Source: Mobula hypostoma
Taxonomy: Eukaryota
DNA length: 64,000 nt
Assembly: GCF_963921235.1 (NCBI RefSeq)
Contig: NC_086099.1
Span: 11,036,001 to 11,100,000, forward strand
Reading direction: 5' to 3'
Shown: piece by piece, positions 25,217 through 37,490 of the stretch
How positions within the stretch are numbered: the first letter of the stretch is position 1
Layout of the letters: every line of letters starts with the position of its first letter
The notes under the pieces: generated by a model
What the model saw: the letters and a program-made list of their open reading frames with translations, nothing else
Databases searched by the model: none
Told to the model about the DNA's origin: nothing
Position numbers and translations under genes: made by a program

Positions 25217-25756
25217 TGTAACACACTGTAAGGTTTCACTGCTAATGCAATGGTTTCTCTGTAGCAGCAATGTTTGGGTTATGACTACAGATAACGGGAT
25301 ATTGGAATGTGTGCCATCCAATAAGAGTTGTGTTGTTCTTTCTTGGGGGTCTGAGGGAAGGGATTTTGCGGACTTTTGTCAGAGAGGGATTAAGAGAGAA
25401 GACGCGAGTGGAGTGAGTTGGTAGACCGCGGGCAGGAGTGGACTTGGAGCAGGGGTCCAAGGGTCAATGACGCTCGGAGGTCGATGGGGAACGAATGAAC
25501 AGAACTGTGAGCTCCAACGTGCATGTGAGATTGTTTTATTACAACGGGCCCTTTTTCTTTTTATTTTCTTTACTAATCATACAGTCAGATTAAGATTTAT
25601 AAAGTTCAATTGCATATGGTGTACTGTCTGATATTTTGCGGTACGGATTTGTAACCGGGCAACACATCACGCAGCAGGCACACGAACGAGATTTTGGCTG
25701 GGTCAGAGGCTGTCCACCCCTAGACAAACGCATGCTGGCTGAACCTCAGGGTTACA
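25217..25756. mobile_element. Solo LTR (Gypsy/ERV type), 540 bp, with 4-bp TSD
   Basis: TGTAAC...GTTACA termini are flanked by CAAG at 25213-25216 and 25757-25760. The interior is more CpG-rich than the background. Confidence 0.8.
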
Positions 25757-26204
25757 CAAGTATCAAATTTCATAAAAAGATGTCTTGAGAATTAGGTGCT
25801 CTATTAGATGATTATACAGTATATTAAATGTCAGCAGCTTCACTACTTTTCCCCTTATTAAATAAAATATCAAAATACTAATATATAGTACTAAGTATTT
25901 TAATATTTATATTCTTTCTGAGACTAGTACTAAGAATTTAAAACTGATATAATTTTTTAAATCACATCTAGAGAGAGAAAGAGAGATTGCTTTAGGTAGC
26001 ATGAGTTTGCATCATTCTCTCTTGTGGCTGGGCCCTATTTTTAGTCTGGTCCATTGAGGGAAACCATGAGCAGAGGCCACCTCCCTAATGGCATGAAAAG
26101 AAGCAGTGAAAAATACATTCAGTGAAACACACTTGGGCACTGGGGTGTGTAGCTCCCTGCAACTGCCTACACTGCCATAATCATTGGGAAGGGTAATTTA
26201 TTTC

Positions 26205-26490
26205 GTTAGAGATACAGTGTGCAACATGTTCTTCTGGACCAACGAGCTGCAGCGCCCAGCAACCCATATATTTAACCCTAGTTTAATCACCGGACAACTT
26301 ACAATAACCAACTAACCTACTGAGCAGTACATCTTTGGCCTACGGGAGGAAACCGGAGCACCCGGAAGAAACTCACACAGTCACGTGAAGAACATACAAA
26401 CTCCTTAGGGACAGCGGCGGGAATTGAACACAGATCATTGGTGCTATAAAGTCTTACACTAAAATCGTTACATTATAGTGCCACCCAATT
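26205..26490 (-). mobile_element. V-SINE
   Basis: Contains gggaggaaaccggagcacccggaagaaac. Confidence 0.75.
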
Positions 26491-27694
26491 GTGACACACG
26501 GAAATGGTGCAAATGTCGCACAGGTCAGAATTTTGTTCGGGAAGAGGCCAGAGATGTCCTTATAAAATATTAAACACTGTAGTGAAAACTACTGTAACAC
26601 ACACAGAATGCTGGAGGAACTCAGCAGGTCAGGTAGCATCTATGGAAAGGAATAAACTGTTGGTATTTTGGGCCAAGACCCTTCATCAAGACCGGAAAGA
26701 AAGGGGGAAGAAGCCAGAATAAGCCTCAATAAAGCCCCCCAAAATGCTATGATGACAAATGTATGTTTGTTGAAAACGACATCAAAATCAATCTGATAAT
26801 CTCTGTAGGAGGCATATATCTGTTTTCTATCTGTTTGGTTTTCTATGTTGCACGTTTATTATGGCAGTTTGTCACTTGAGACTGGCGGAGGTCATATCTT
26901 TTGCTGCCCGTTTAATTTTGCTGAGGTAACACTTAATATCACTGAATAATGCTTAGTTTACACTTGGTATGCTTGAATATCATTGCTTCAGGATTGCACG
27001 TTTGCTAATTGCTAATAAAGGATTCAACTCTTTAGAGCAATCATTGGAGCTGGGGGCACATCATGCAAGTGTAACGACTCCGTGGTGGTCGCAGGCTTGC
27101 TGCAATTGCTTTGTCTTGGTACTCCCACTACAATCTCCTTGCACAATATCTCAAATAGAGGTTACCTAGTCCATCAAGTCTGTGCAAGCTTACTGAAAAA
27201 AATAATCCAGTTGGTCTCACTCCAAGGCCCTGTTCCCAGTCAGAAATGAAACTGAACATTACACTTAGTGTGTTAGGGGTTAAATGGCCCCTTCTGCTCT
27301 TGGCTTTTCTTTTCTCTCTTCTGAGGTATACTTTAATTAACTACCCATTAGACAGCTTCGAGGTGCTGTCATGAGAGTTTCTGTGTAGAGGAAATTCACT
27401 GGGAGATCAGGTTAACATTGCAAAGGGCGAGACAGAGAAGTTAAACAAATCTCCATTAATTCCATTTGGTGACTCATTCAACAATTACACTGGGATGCCA
27501 CCATTCTAGCTAGAGTTAGATAGGAAGAACAAAAAAAAATAGACCAAATAATTTGTATTTCAGACATGGCAAATGCCACTCAGATCTATTCAGTATACTT
27601 TTGTAGGCAGATGCTTTTGTAACCGCACAAACCACAACATTCAAATTTAAGCGATTCCACGTATCCACACTAAAAATGAAAAAAAAAAGGAAGA

Positions 27695-28030
27695 GAATGT
27701 ATACAAAATTATGTGGGTTATAGATAGGGTAAATGCAAGCAGACTTTTTCCACTGAGGTTGGATCATCGGTTCAGGGTGAAAGGTGAAATATTTAAGAGG
27801 AACATGGGGGGGCAGAATTCGTCACTCAGAGGTTGGAACAAGATGTCAGAGGAAGTGAGGGATGTGGGTTTGATTCAAACACTTAAGAAAAGCTTGGATA
27901 ATACTGTGGATGGGAGAGTTATCCAGGGCTATGGTCTGGCAATGGGTCAATGGGACTGGGCAGAATAATAGTTCGGCACAGACCAGCTGGGCGAAAGGAT
28001 CAGTTTCTGTCCTCTAGTGCTTGGTGACTA
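27695..28030 (+). mobile_element. CR1 LINE 3' fragment
   Basis: Reads YKIMWVIDRVNASRLFPL. Confidence 0.75.
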
Positions 28031-28180
28031 TCAAAACTGAACTCAATGAGTTCCACACTAATTATTGTATCATTGTTAATGTTAATGAAGGATATCTCTG
28101 ACAGTCTCTATAAAAGGTCCAGTTACTTTTATATCTCAGTCCTTAGATGGAGACAATGCATTGGGACTTGAATAACCCCT

Positions 28181-28242
28181 GCCTTCATACCAAACCTTTT
28201 TACAATACCAGCCTTCATACCAAACCTTTTTACAATACCAGC
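28181..28242. repeat. Perfect 30-bp tandem duplication
   Basis: gccttcataccaaacctttttacaatacca occurs twice, followed by gc. Confidence 0.95.
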
Positions 28243-28309
28243 GTTCTATTGCGTACATATTCAGTGTTATACAGGGTTATTATGACTCCATTGAGAAGGT
28301 GGTTCCTTC

Positions 28310-28840
28310 AGGTTGTTGTAGCTGGGGGTGGTAATGGGGATAGCTCCCACTATCTATTAAATGCTCCCAATGGCATGAGTCTCAAATAGCCTCTGACTAC
28401 CAGGTTCAGCTCCTAGCCTTCACCTGTGGCTTAGCTACCAAGCCAGGTGGAACCATTTCTACTGACAGGAGAAGGGGCAAAGATGGTTTACCATGGTTGG
28501 CATCTCACCTAGGAGAATCCAAACTCTGATATCAAACCTCCGCTGCCTTGCGGCTATACCCAACTCATTGGGAAGCCTTCCAGAGAAAGCCTCGAGTGAA
28601 AAATATGGAGCAGGAGTCCCTCAGGCAGTCCTCCATTGAGTTCAATGCTGACTGGCACTTCCTGTGATGCTGCTGGGTACCACACTGTATCAGTCTCTGC
28701 CGTTCCTTTGAGTTCATCAGATGTGCCAAGAAGGGGAGCTTGCTACATGGGTAGCAGCTTGTTCTCCATATTGTACTGCCCTGGCTTATGTATGTAGACA
28801 GCCAGGAAGTTTCATCCATGATTGACCCTGACCGATGGAC
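28310..28840 (+). mobile_element. Dispersed non-autonomous retroelement, possibly derived from an Ingi/Vingi-related 5' region
   Basis: A second copy lies at 22088-22310. The family name is from recall only. Confidence 0.45.
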
Positions 28841-28929
28841 ACTTCACTCACTTCTCTTCCATGAGAAGGCTATTGGATCACTTCCCTCATTGTTAAATGC
28901 TGAGCACAACCTAGGCACAACCTGTCAGG

Positions 28930-29380
28930 TTGTTCTGCACACCCACTAGTCTCTGTGTAAAGTATTTACGTATGACATTGCCCCTACAGTTTCCTCCAAT
29001 CATCTTAAAATTATGCTCCTTTGTATTAGCCATTTCTGCCCTGGGAAATATCCTCTGGCTATCCACTCAATCTATACCGCTTCAAATCTTGTATATATCT
29101 ACACCTCCTTCTCTCCAAAGAGAAAAACTCTATTTCACTCAACCTATCTTCATAAGCTATGCCCTCTAATCCAAGCAGCATCCCGGTAAATCTCCTCTGG
29201 ACCCTCTCTAAAGCTTCCACATACTTCCTATAATGAGACAACCAGACTGAACACAATAATCCAAGCGTGGTCTAATCAGGGATTCCTGAACTCGAAGGCC
29301 AACACAGCATACACCTTCCTAACAACCCTATCAACTTGTGTGGTAACTATGAGATACCTATGGATGTAGACCCTGAAATC
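28930..29380 (-). mobile_element. CR1 LINE fragment
   Basis: Reads YRKYVEALERVQRRFTGMLLGLEG..YEDRLSE..FFSLERRR. Confidence 0.85.
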
Positions 29381-29509
29381 CTCCCACATTTCAAAGATAT
29401 ATGGGTTAGTAGGTTAATTTGTCACATCAACGAGCTCTGATTCAAACTTCAACCAAATTCCACATACCCATTTTCGAGCAGTGGACATTGAAGCAGGAAT
29501 AGGATCAAA

Positions 29510-29940
29510 AAGCAGCATCCATCATCAAGGACCCCAACTATCTGGGCCATGCTTTCTTCTCACTGCTGCCATTGGGCGGGAGGTACGGGAGACTCAGGTA
29601 CCACACCACCAGGTTCAGGAATAGTTATTACCACACCTCTATCAGCCTCCTGAAATGGCACAGATAACTTCACTCACCACAACTCTGAACTGATTCTACA
29701 ACCTACAGACTCACTTTCAAGGACTCTACAACTCATGTTCTCAGTATTACTTATTTACTTCTAAAAAAATATTTGCACAATATGTCTTCTTTTGTATATT
29801 GATGATTTAAAAGGATTTATTTTTCATAAATTCAGTTGCAATAGTTCATTTCACTGTAAATGTCTGCAAGAAAATGGATCTCATGTTAGTATGTGGTGAC
29901 AAATATGTACTTTAGTAAAAAACTTCCTTTGAACTTTGAA
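29510..29940 (+). mobile_element. Rex1/Babar-type LINE 3' end
   Basis: Runs from aaagcagcatccatcatcaaggacccc into the family UTR. Confidence 0.8.
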
Positions 29941-30309
29941 TCAAGAAACTATCAACTTCCACTTTAAATATACTCAATGATTTGGCCTCCACAGTTGTCT
30001 GTGCCAATATATTCCACAGATTCACCACCTTCAGGTGAAAGAAATTCCTCATCTCTGTTCTAAAGGGATGTCCTTCTATTCTGAGATAGTGCCTTGACTG
30101 TCTCACTATTGAAAATATCTTCAATATTTTCCATATCCACTCTGTCTAGGCCTTAAGGACACTAAATAATGTGACCTTGGTGCTGTTGTTCCATTAGCCC
30201 ACTCACCCAAATCCAACCATTAACTTTTAGGCTTTTATGAATTGTATGGCTAAATACTGCATTCAGATTAGCATGGAAAATAGAAATTGTTCGTTCTTTA
30301 AATGCTCTG

Positions 30310-30670
30310 TCATGTGATGTGGGCGATCATGGTCTTTCAATGACCATGACTGCTCTTGGCAAATTTTCCTCTAGAAGTGGTTTGCCATTGCCTTCTTCTG
30401 GGCGGTGTTTTACACGAGGGGTGACCCCAGCCATTATTAATACTCTTCAGCGATTGTCTGCCTGGCATCAGTGGTCGCATAACCAGGACTTGTGATATGT
30501 ACCAGCTGCTCATATGAGCACGTGCGCCCATGGTTCACATGACCCTAATTGGGTGGGGGGGGGGCTAAGCAGGTGCTACACCTTGCTGAAGGGTGACCTG
30601 CAGCCTACTGGAGGTAAGGAATGCCTGACACCTCCTTTGGTAGAAATGTATCTCCATCCAACCACCCAAA
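30310..30670 (-). mobile_element. RTE-related SINE-like element (third copy)
   Basis: Contains gtggtttgccattgccttcttctggg on the + strand. Confidence 0.6.
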
Positions 30671-31899
30671 AAGAGTAACAGCAGAAAAATAAACACAAGT
30701 ATCACTGGGGACCTTTATTTCCTTAGCTGTATCAGCTGCACTGCCATTAACTATTAATTCCTCTGTTTGCTAATTTTTACATTTATTCAGATGGGATACA
30801 CTTATTTTAAGTAAAATAAATTGTTCTCAATTAAATGGAATTGTCGCCTTCCTCTTCCTATCATACCTAATTATTACATAGTAATCAGCCCTTTAGGGAG
30901 TTGGTAGAGAATTGATCTGATCTGCATACTTAAATGTTACCTCCTGCAACAAATGTGACCGTAATTTCCTTCATATTTTATAACTATTATTAGCCTCACC
31001 TATTCCTTGCTGCAATTTAGCAAAGCTGGAGATTTTAACAGAGAGATTTATACAACTCTCTATCGCAGAGTGCACATAGAAAATATAAATATTTTATAAT
31101 CCTTCTCTTACTCACTTGCTAACAATTTTTAAAAAACAGTAAAAATATGATCCAAACAGAAGAGGTTCTGCAGATGATGGAGATCCAGAGCAACACACTC
31201 AATGTGCTGGAGGAACTCAGCAGGTCAGGCTGCGTCTATGGAGAGGAATAAGCAGTTGACGTTATGGCCCAAGATGTTAACTGTTTATTCCTCTCCGTCC
31301 AACATTAACATCTAAATTCAGTAGAACTGGTGCTTTGCAAATATGATCCTCAGCCTGGGAGATTTTGTTGTACTCACTTTTCACATATTTATACGAATGC
31401 TTGTTTTATTAAAGTAGTGCCAGAAACATTATACAGTCTTCCAGAACCATACATCTCGCACTTTATGACAACCTGTCAATCTTTAGGCCACATCACTCAG
31501 GGACTTGTGCTGGTATTATTTTGTGACTCTATGTGCTGGATCATAACTGTATGTGCTGTGTGTGACTGTATGTACTGTGTTTTGCATCGTGGCCCCAGAG
31601 GAACAATGTTTCATTTAGCAGTATATATGTCTATGGTTGAATTGCAATTAAACTTGAACTGTGAAAGACTCCCAGCACAATATTACATATTTCCAAAAGA
31701 ACAAGAGATTCTGCAGATGCTAGAAATCCAGAAGAACAAACATTTCTTCATTGATTCTTCCCTTGTGTCATTTTAATTATAATTTTATTCTATTGTGCGG
31801 TTTTTCATTGATTCTATTGCGTTCTTTGTATCTACTCTGAATGTCTACAAGAAAATAAATCTCAGGGTAATACAGTACATGTTATTTGGTAATAAATTT

Positions 31900-32350
31900 C
31901 AAAGTTCAAAGCAAATTTTATTATAAAGTACGTACTGTATATGTCACCATATACAACCCTGAGATTCATTTTCCTGCGGGCATACTCAGCAAATATCTAG
32001 AACAGTAACTATAACAGGATCAATGAAAGATCAACCAGAGTGCAGAAGACAACAAACCGTGTGAATGCAAATATAAATAAATAGCAATAAATAACAAGAA
32101 CATGAGATCATGAGATCAAGAGTCTTTAAAGTAAGTTCATCGGTTGTGGGAGCAGCTCAATGATGGGGCAAGTGAGTGCAGTTAACCCCTTTGTTCAAAA
32201 GCCTGAGTGTTGAGGCGTATTAACTGTTCTTGAACCTGGTGGTGCGAGTCCTGGGGCTCTTGCACCTTCTACCTGATGGCAGCAGCGAGAAAAGAGCATG
32301 GCCTGAGTGGTGAGGATCTCTGATGATGGATGCTGCTTTCCTATGACAGC
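31900..32350 (-). mobile_element. Rex1/Babar-type LINE 3' end inserted into the tail of an oppositely oriented copy
   Basis: The host tail aataaattt|ttactttgatttt is split by this copy. Confidence 0.7.
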
Positions 32351-33857
32351 ACTTACTTTGATTTTCTACTTTGTCCCTCTCTACTTTGGCCACCTCTGGA
32401 GATCACTGTTCACTGCATCACTGTGCACTGAAATACTTGTGGTCACAGTTTTTTTTTACGAATGGCGGGAGCAATTTAAGGTGATGAATTAATAGCATCA
32501 CACAAGCATTGCATCAGTATAACTGTGTTTTATTTTTGTGTATTGATACATGTCTGCTAAGTAAGCTGAGTGATAGTATTTTAACATTCAAAGTGTGAAA
32601 ATTATTTGCAAGTTCTACAAATGTTTTCACACATTGAAGTTCAGCAATATTAATCCAAGAATACTATTCAGTTAGAAAAATCATCATTATACTTGGGAAA
32701 AGGCAACATGTGCAGTAATTTCAAAGCTCATCTTTGCGATGTCATTCACAGGCATCACAGCATAAGCTGAATTTATCTTCATTCCAAGTTAATATTTTCA
32801 GTTTGAAAGAGTTCCTTCACTGTAAGTTATTTAATTGATTAACCTTTTAAGTAACTACTCTTGAATGAAAGCTTTAACAATATGACCCTCATTTAGCTCT
32901 TAAATCTACAAACATGTAGTTAAAGACACTTTTCAAATGTTAATCTTTGATGTCTAGTAGAAAATTAAAGCAGTTTAGAGCTCCTGGAGTTTGAAATGCT
33001 CCTCAACTACGGCATGTAGGTAGACATGACGTTAATTTTCAGATGCAATAATATAATTTTTTGATATTTATCCACATAGCGTTACAGTTCTGTCAACAAC
33101 ATAGCTACTGAGTGATGTGGAGATGCATTTATATGTTGTTTTTTCAGAGATACGGCAAGGTAACAAGCCCTTCTGGCCCAGTGAGCCTGTGCTGCTCAGT
33201 TACACCCACGTGGCTGGTGAACCCATCAACCTGTGTGTTTTTGGAATGTAGACAGGAACACGCGTGGTCGCAGAGAGAACGTGAAAACTCCTTACAGACG
33301 GAGGTGGAAGTGAGCCCCGATCACCGGCACTGTAATGGGGCAACACTGACCCCTACACAGCCACGGCACCCCCTATATATTTTCCAGTCATGGACATAGA
33401 GAATCTCATCCACGCCATTGCAGAGGTTTTCCTCAAAGACACTTGAGATTCTGATTCTGATTCCCAGCATCTGCAGATTTAGTTTTGCTTTTGAAGCCTC
33501 AAGAATTCTGACAAAACTCAGCTTTCCTCTTTTCAGATGCTGACTCTTCTGGTTTTTCTAATTATAATGTCATTGGCCTGAAACGTTAACTGCTTCTGTC
33601 TACTGATGCTGCCTGACAGACTGCGTTCTTCTGGCATTTATTTCAGGTAAAGGTATCTGCAATATTGGCGTTTCAATGGCCATCAGCACTGAAAGAACTC
33701 TTCCCCCCTGCCACCGGGAGCAGCATTTCAAGAAACTCTGCCTTTGGGCTGTCTCGCTCTTCCTTCCCTGCTTTTCCTCAGTGAATAATCCTTTCCAGTT
33801 CAAAATACCAATATTTCCTTTCCTTAGCCCGTGCAAGCTTTATTAAAGTTTTTCTGT

Positions 33858-34203
33858 CTTCCCTGAGTTTCTCTTTTCCTAGAATTCTTCTTTCTTCCCA
33901 GAGCTTCTCTCCCTTCACAGAGTTCCTCTCTTGCTAGAGTTCCTCTCTCTTCCCAGAGTTCCTCCCTCTTCCCGGAGATCCCCTCTCTGCCCAGAGTTGC
34001 TCTCTCTTCCCAGATTTCCTCTCTCTTCCCAGATTTCCTCTCTCTTCCCAGATTTATTCTCTCTTCCCAGATTTCCTCTCTCTTCCCAGATTTATTCTCT
34101 CTTTCCAGAGTTCCTCTCTCTTCCCGGAGTTCATCTCTCTTCCTAGAGTTCTTCTCTCTTACCAGAGCTTTTCTCTCCTCCTGAAAAATTTCTCTCTTCC
34201 CTG
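33858..34203. repeat. 19-bp pyrimidine-rich minisatellite, about 18 units, consensus TTCCCAGAGTTCCTCTCTC
   Basis: The periodicity is directly visible, with degenerate edges. Confidence 0.92.
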
Positions 34204-35078
34204 CAGCATAACCAACCTGTCATCAGTTGTCGTAATATGCCCAGAACCAGTATTTCAACTGTATGAAGCAGTTCAATACTGTTAACAGCTGTGAATGGGA
34301 AGTTTTGATCTGACAAGACTATCATTGCTTTTTCACCAGCTGTAGGCGTTAATAAAGCAAATTTTATAACGATTAAAGATGCACGGGTTAGGGCTAGTGA
34401 GGCTTGGGCAAGCTATGTTACTGCCAGAAGTGTGGTGACATTTGTGGGCAGCTCAGCACAATAATTGTTGATTTGATTTGACTCAAGTGATGCATTTCTC
34501 TGTATGCTTCAATGTACATGTGACAAATAAAGCTGATTTTTTTTTAAATCTTAAAAACCTTAAAACACAAGAGACTCTGCAGATGATGGAAATTCAGAGC
34601 AACACACACAAAATGCTGGAGGAACTCAGCAGACCAGGCAGCATCTATGGAGAAGAATAAAGAGCCAACATTTTAGGCTCATACTCTTCATCAAGACTGC
34701 AAGGAAGGGGAAAGAAGTCAGATTAAGAAGGTGGCAAGAGGGCAAGAAGTGGGGAAGCAGATCCAGGAGCCTCAGGACCCACACCATCAGGCTCAGGAAC
34801 AGTTATTACCCTTCAATCATCAGGCTCTTGAACCAGAGGGGATAAATTCACTCACCCCAACAGTGAACTGATTCCGCAACCTATAGACTCAATTTCAAGG
34901 ACTCTACAACTCATATTCTTGATATGTATTGCTTGTTCATTTATTTGTTTGTTTATTTGTTTATTAGTTTTTCTTTTGCACACTGGCTATTTGTCTATCC
35001 TGTTGGGGGTGGTGTTTAGTTGATTCTATTGTGTTTCTTGGATTTACTGTGTATGCCTGCAAGAAAAAGAATCTCAGG

Positions 35079-35372
35079 CAACAGGAATTCTGCAGATGCT
35101 GGAAATTCAAGCAACATACATCAAAGTTGCTGGTGAACGCAGCAGGCCAAGCAGCATCTATAGGAAGAGGCGCAGTCGACGTTTCAGGCCGAGACCCTTC
35201 GTCAGGAGTCCTGACGAAGGGTCTCGGCCTGAAACGTCGACTGTGCCTCTTCCTATAGATGCTGCTTGGCCTGCTCCTGACGAAGGGTCTCGGCCTGAAA
35301 CGTCGACTGCGCCTCTTCCTATAGATGCTGCTTGGCCTGCTGCGTTCACCAGCAACTTTGATGTATGTTGTT
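35079..35372. mobile_element. Young PLE-derived palindromic insertion with three hammerhead cores and a 14-bp TSD
   Basis: AAAAGAATCTCAGG flanks it at 35065-35078 and 35373-35386. It has near-perfect inverted arms and a 66-bp tandem unit at 35209-35274 and 35275-35340. Confidence 0.92.
35207..35242 (+). ncRNA. Minimal type I hammerhead ribozyme
   Basis: AGTC-CTGACGA-AGGGTCTCGGCCT-GAAA-CGTC-GACT. All core nucleotides are present, stem III is the palindromic ACGT, and the predicted cut follows GTC at 35238. Confidence 0.75.
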
Positions 35373-36113
35373 AAAAGAATCTCAGGGTTGTCTTTGGTGC
35401 TAATAAATTTATTATTAGGTCTTTGACCTGATCAGTTCTTCAAGCATTCTGAGAGTGGTATCTTTAAAGTCTTCGTAATTTTCCACTTTCTCTTCATTGG
35501 CACACAGCAACAATTCAATTGATAAATAAGGGGAGGTGAGGCTTACCTACCCACAGATTGTCCTGGTCCCATAAAGGCAAGCGTGCTCCAGCACTGTAAC
35601 GCTGATGACACATCAGCTACCTTTTACAAATGTCCCTGCACAGTGCTTAAGTGTCTGAATGAGTTTGAACCGTTGTGCATGGTCACGTCAGCTTCAGAAC
35701 ACTACACGCTGTATTCATCTGGGTGAAGTTGGTTTCCATTTTGTGTGAGAAATACTGGTTTCCTCAAAGGAAACCAATTAGCCCCAATTACATAATATAC
35801 AATCCAACTACAGAAATATGTGTAATATAGTTAATGCTTAATAAATAAACCATGCCTATTTCCCAACATAGAGAAGTTTAACATTAATTAAATGCTAATA
35901 GAAAAAGCAATGAGTGCAGCAGTTATGTTTTTGAGATTCAATCAAAATGGCATATATGCGAAAGGTGTGGGAAAAGGCCAGTATCATGATAAAGGATCCC
36001 ACTCTCAAGGATCATGGACTATCTGTCGCTCTCCCACCGGGGACAGGTGCCATGCCTGCACGGTACCCACATTAGGACAACCAGACTCAAAAACTGTTCC
36101 ACCAAGCCATAAA

Positions 36114-36300
36114 CAAGTAAAAATATTCAGCTGCTGGAAATCCGAGCAACACACACAAAATGCTGGAGGAACTCAGCAGGCCAGGCAGCATCGATGGAAA
36201 AAAGTACAGTTGATGTCTCAGCCCAAAATGTCGACGGCACTTTTTTCCCCATAGGTGTGCCTGGCCTGCTGAGTTTCTCCAGCATTTTGTGTGCATTGCC
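36114..36300. mobile_element. Older PLE-derived palindromic insertion
   Basis: Inverted arms meet at the hammerhead remnant. A possible diverged TSD is ccaagccataaa / ctaaaccataaa. Confidence 0.75.
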
Positions 36301-36799
36301 CTAAACCATAAATACTTTCGAGAGTGTGGAGGTGTTTCTCATTATTTTAAGGAGTGCGGTGAAATAATGTGGTCTCACTTGAAATTACAGAAAACTCTGG
36401 ACAATATTCTTGATTGATCAAGGCAAAAAGGGATATGGGGAGAAGGCAGGAGATTGGGTCTGAGAGGAAGATTGGATCAGGCATGAGGAAATGGTGGAGC
36501 AGACTCGATGGGCCAAATGGCCTAATTCTGCTCCTATATTTTATTAAAAATAGATCAAATTTTCATGAAAGCAGAAAACACCCATTTTGAAACTTCCTAA
36601 CATCCTACATTCAAACTGATGACAGAATTCAGACAAGAATCACAATAGTAGTGACAAAATTCATACATACACACACACACACAAAAGAAAACCTCGAACA
36701 CATTTCTGCAACAATTCTCTTGTTAACTTGATCTTTGCTTCCCTCCTCCCCTTCTCTTCTCACCTGCACATCACCTCCCTCTGGTGCCCCTCCTGGAAG

Positions 36800-37490
36800 C
36801 GTAAGATGAAGGAACACGTACCAATCCTCATAAAGGGATTATAGTGGAGAGGGTGAGCAGTTTTAAGTTGCTGGGTGTCAAGATCTCTGAAATCCTAACC
36901 TGGACCTAACATATTAATGCAGCTATAAAGAAGGCGAGACAGCAACCAAACTTCATTAGGAGTTTGAAGAGACTTGGTATGTCAACAAAACCACTTGAAA
37001 ACTTATAGATGTACTGTGCAGAGCATTCTGACAGACTGCGTCACTGGCTGGCATTGGGGGGAGGTGGCCACTGCACAGAACAGTAAGAAGCTGCAGAGGG
37101 TCATAAGCTTAGTCAGCTCTACCTTGGACATTAGCCTACAAAGTACCCAGGACTTCTTCAAGGAGCGGTGTCTCAGAAAGGCAGCGTCCATTATTAAGAG
37201 CATGCCCTTTTCTCATTGTTACCATCAGGTACGAGGTAAACACTCAGCAATTCAGGAACAGCTTCTTCCCCTCTGCCATCCGATCCCTAAATGGATATTG
37301 AACCTGTGAACACTACCCACTTTTTAAATTTATATTATTTGTTCTTGCACAATTTTTAATCTACTCAATATACATGTACTGTAATTTATTTATTTATTTT
37401 CCCTTCTATGTTATGTATTGCATTGAACTGCTGCTGCTAAGTTAACAAACTTCACGACTCGTGCCAGTGATAATAAACCTGATTCTGATT
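36800..37490 (+). mobile_element. Rex1/Babar LINE RT C-terminal pseudogene and UTR
   Basis: Reads VERVSSFKLLGV.I, YRCTVQSILTDCVTGW and KKLQRVI..ERCLRKAASIIK. Confidence 0.85.

Larger units (their letters stand above)
34762..35412 (+). mobile_element. Rex1/Babar-type LINE 3' end hosting the palindromic PLE insertion
   Basis: The family UTR is split at aaaagaatctcagg. Confidence 0.8.

Noticed and set aside
33858-34203. CRISPR-like array
   Set aside because: The units are contiguous with no unique spacers, and the context is eukaryotic.
35096-35374. Overlapping ORFs on both strands with a 22-aa repeat
   Set aside because: They are a by-product of the palindrome and the 66-bp duplication.
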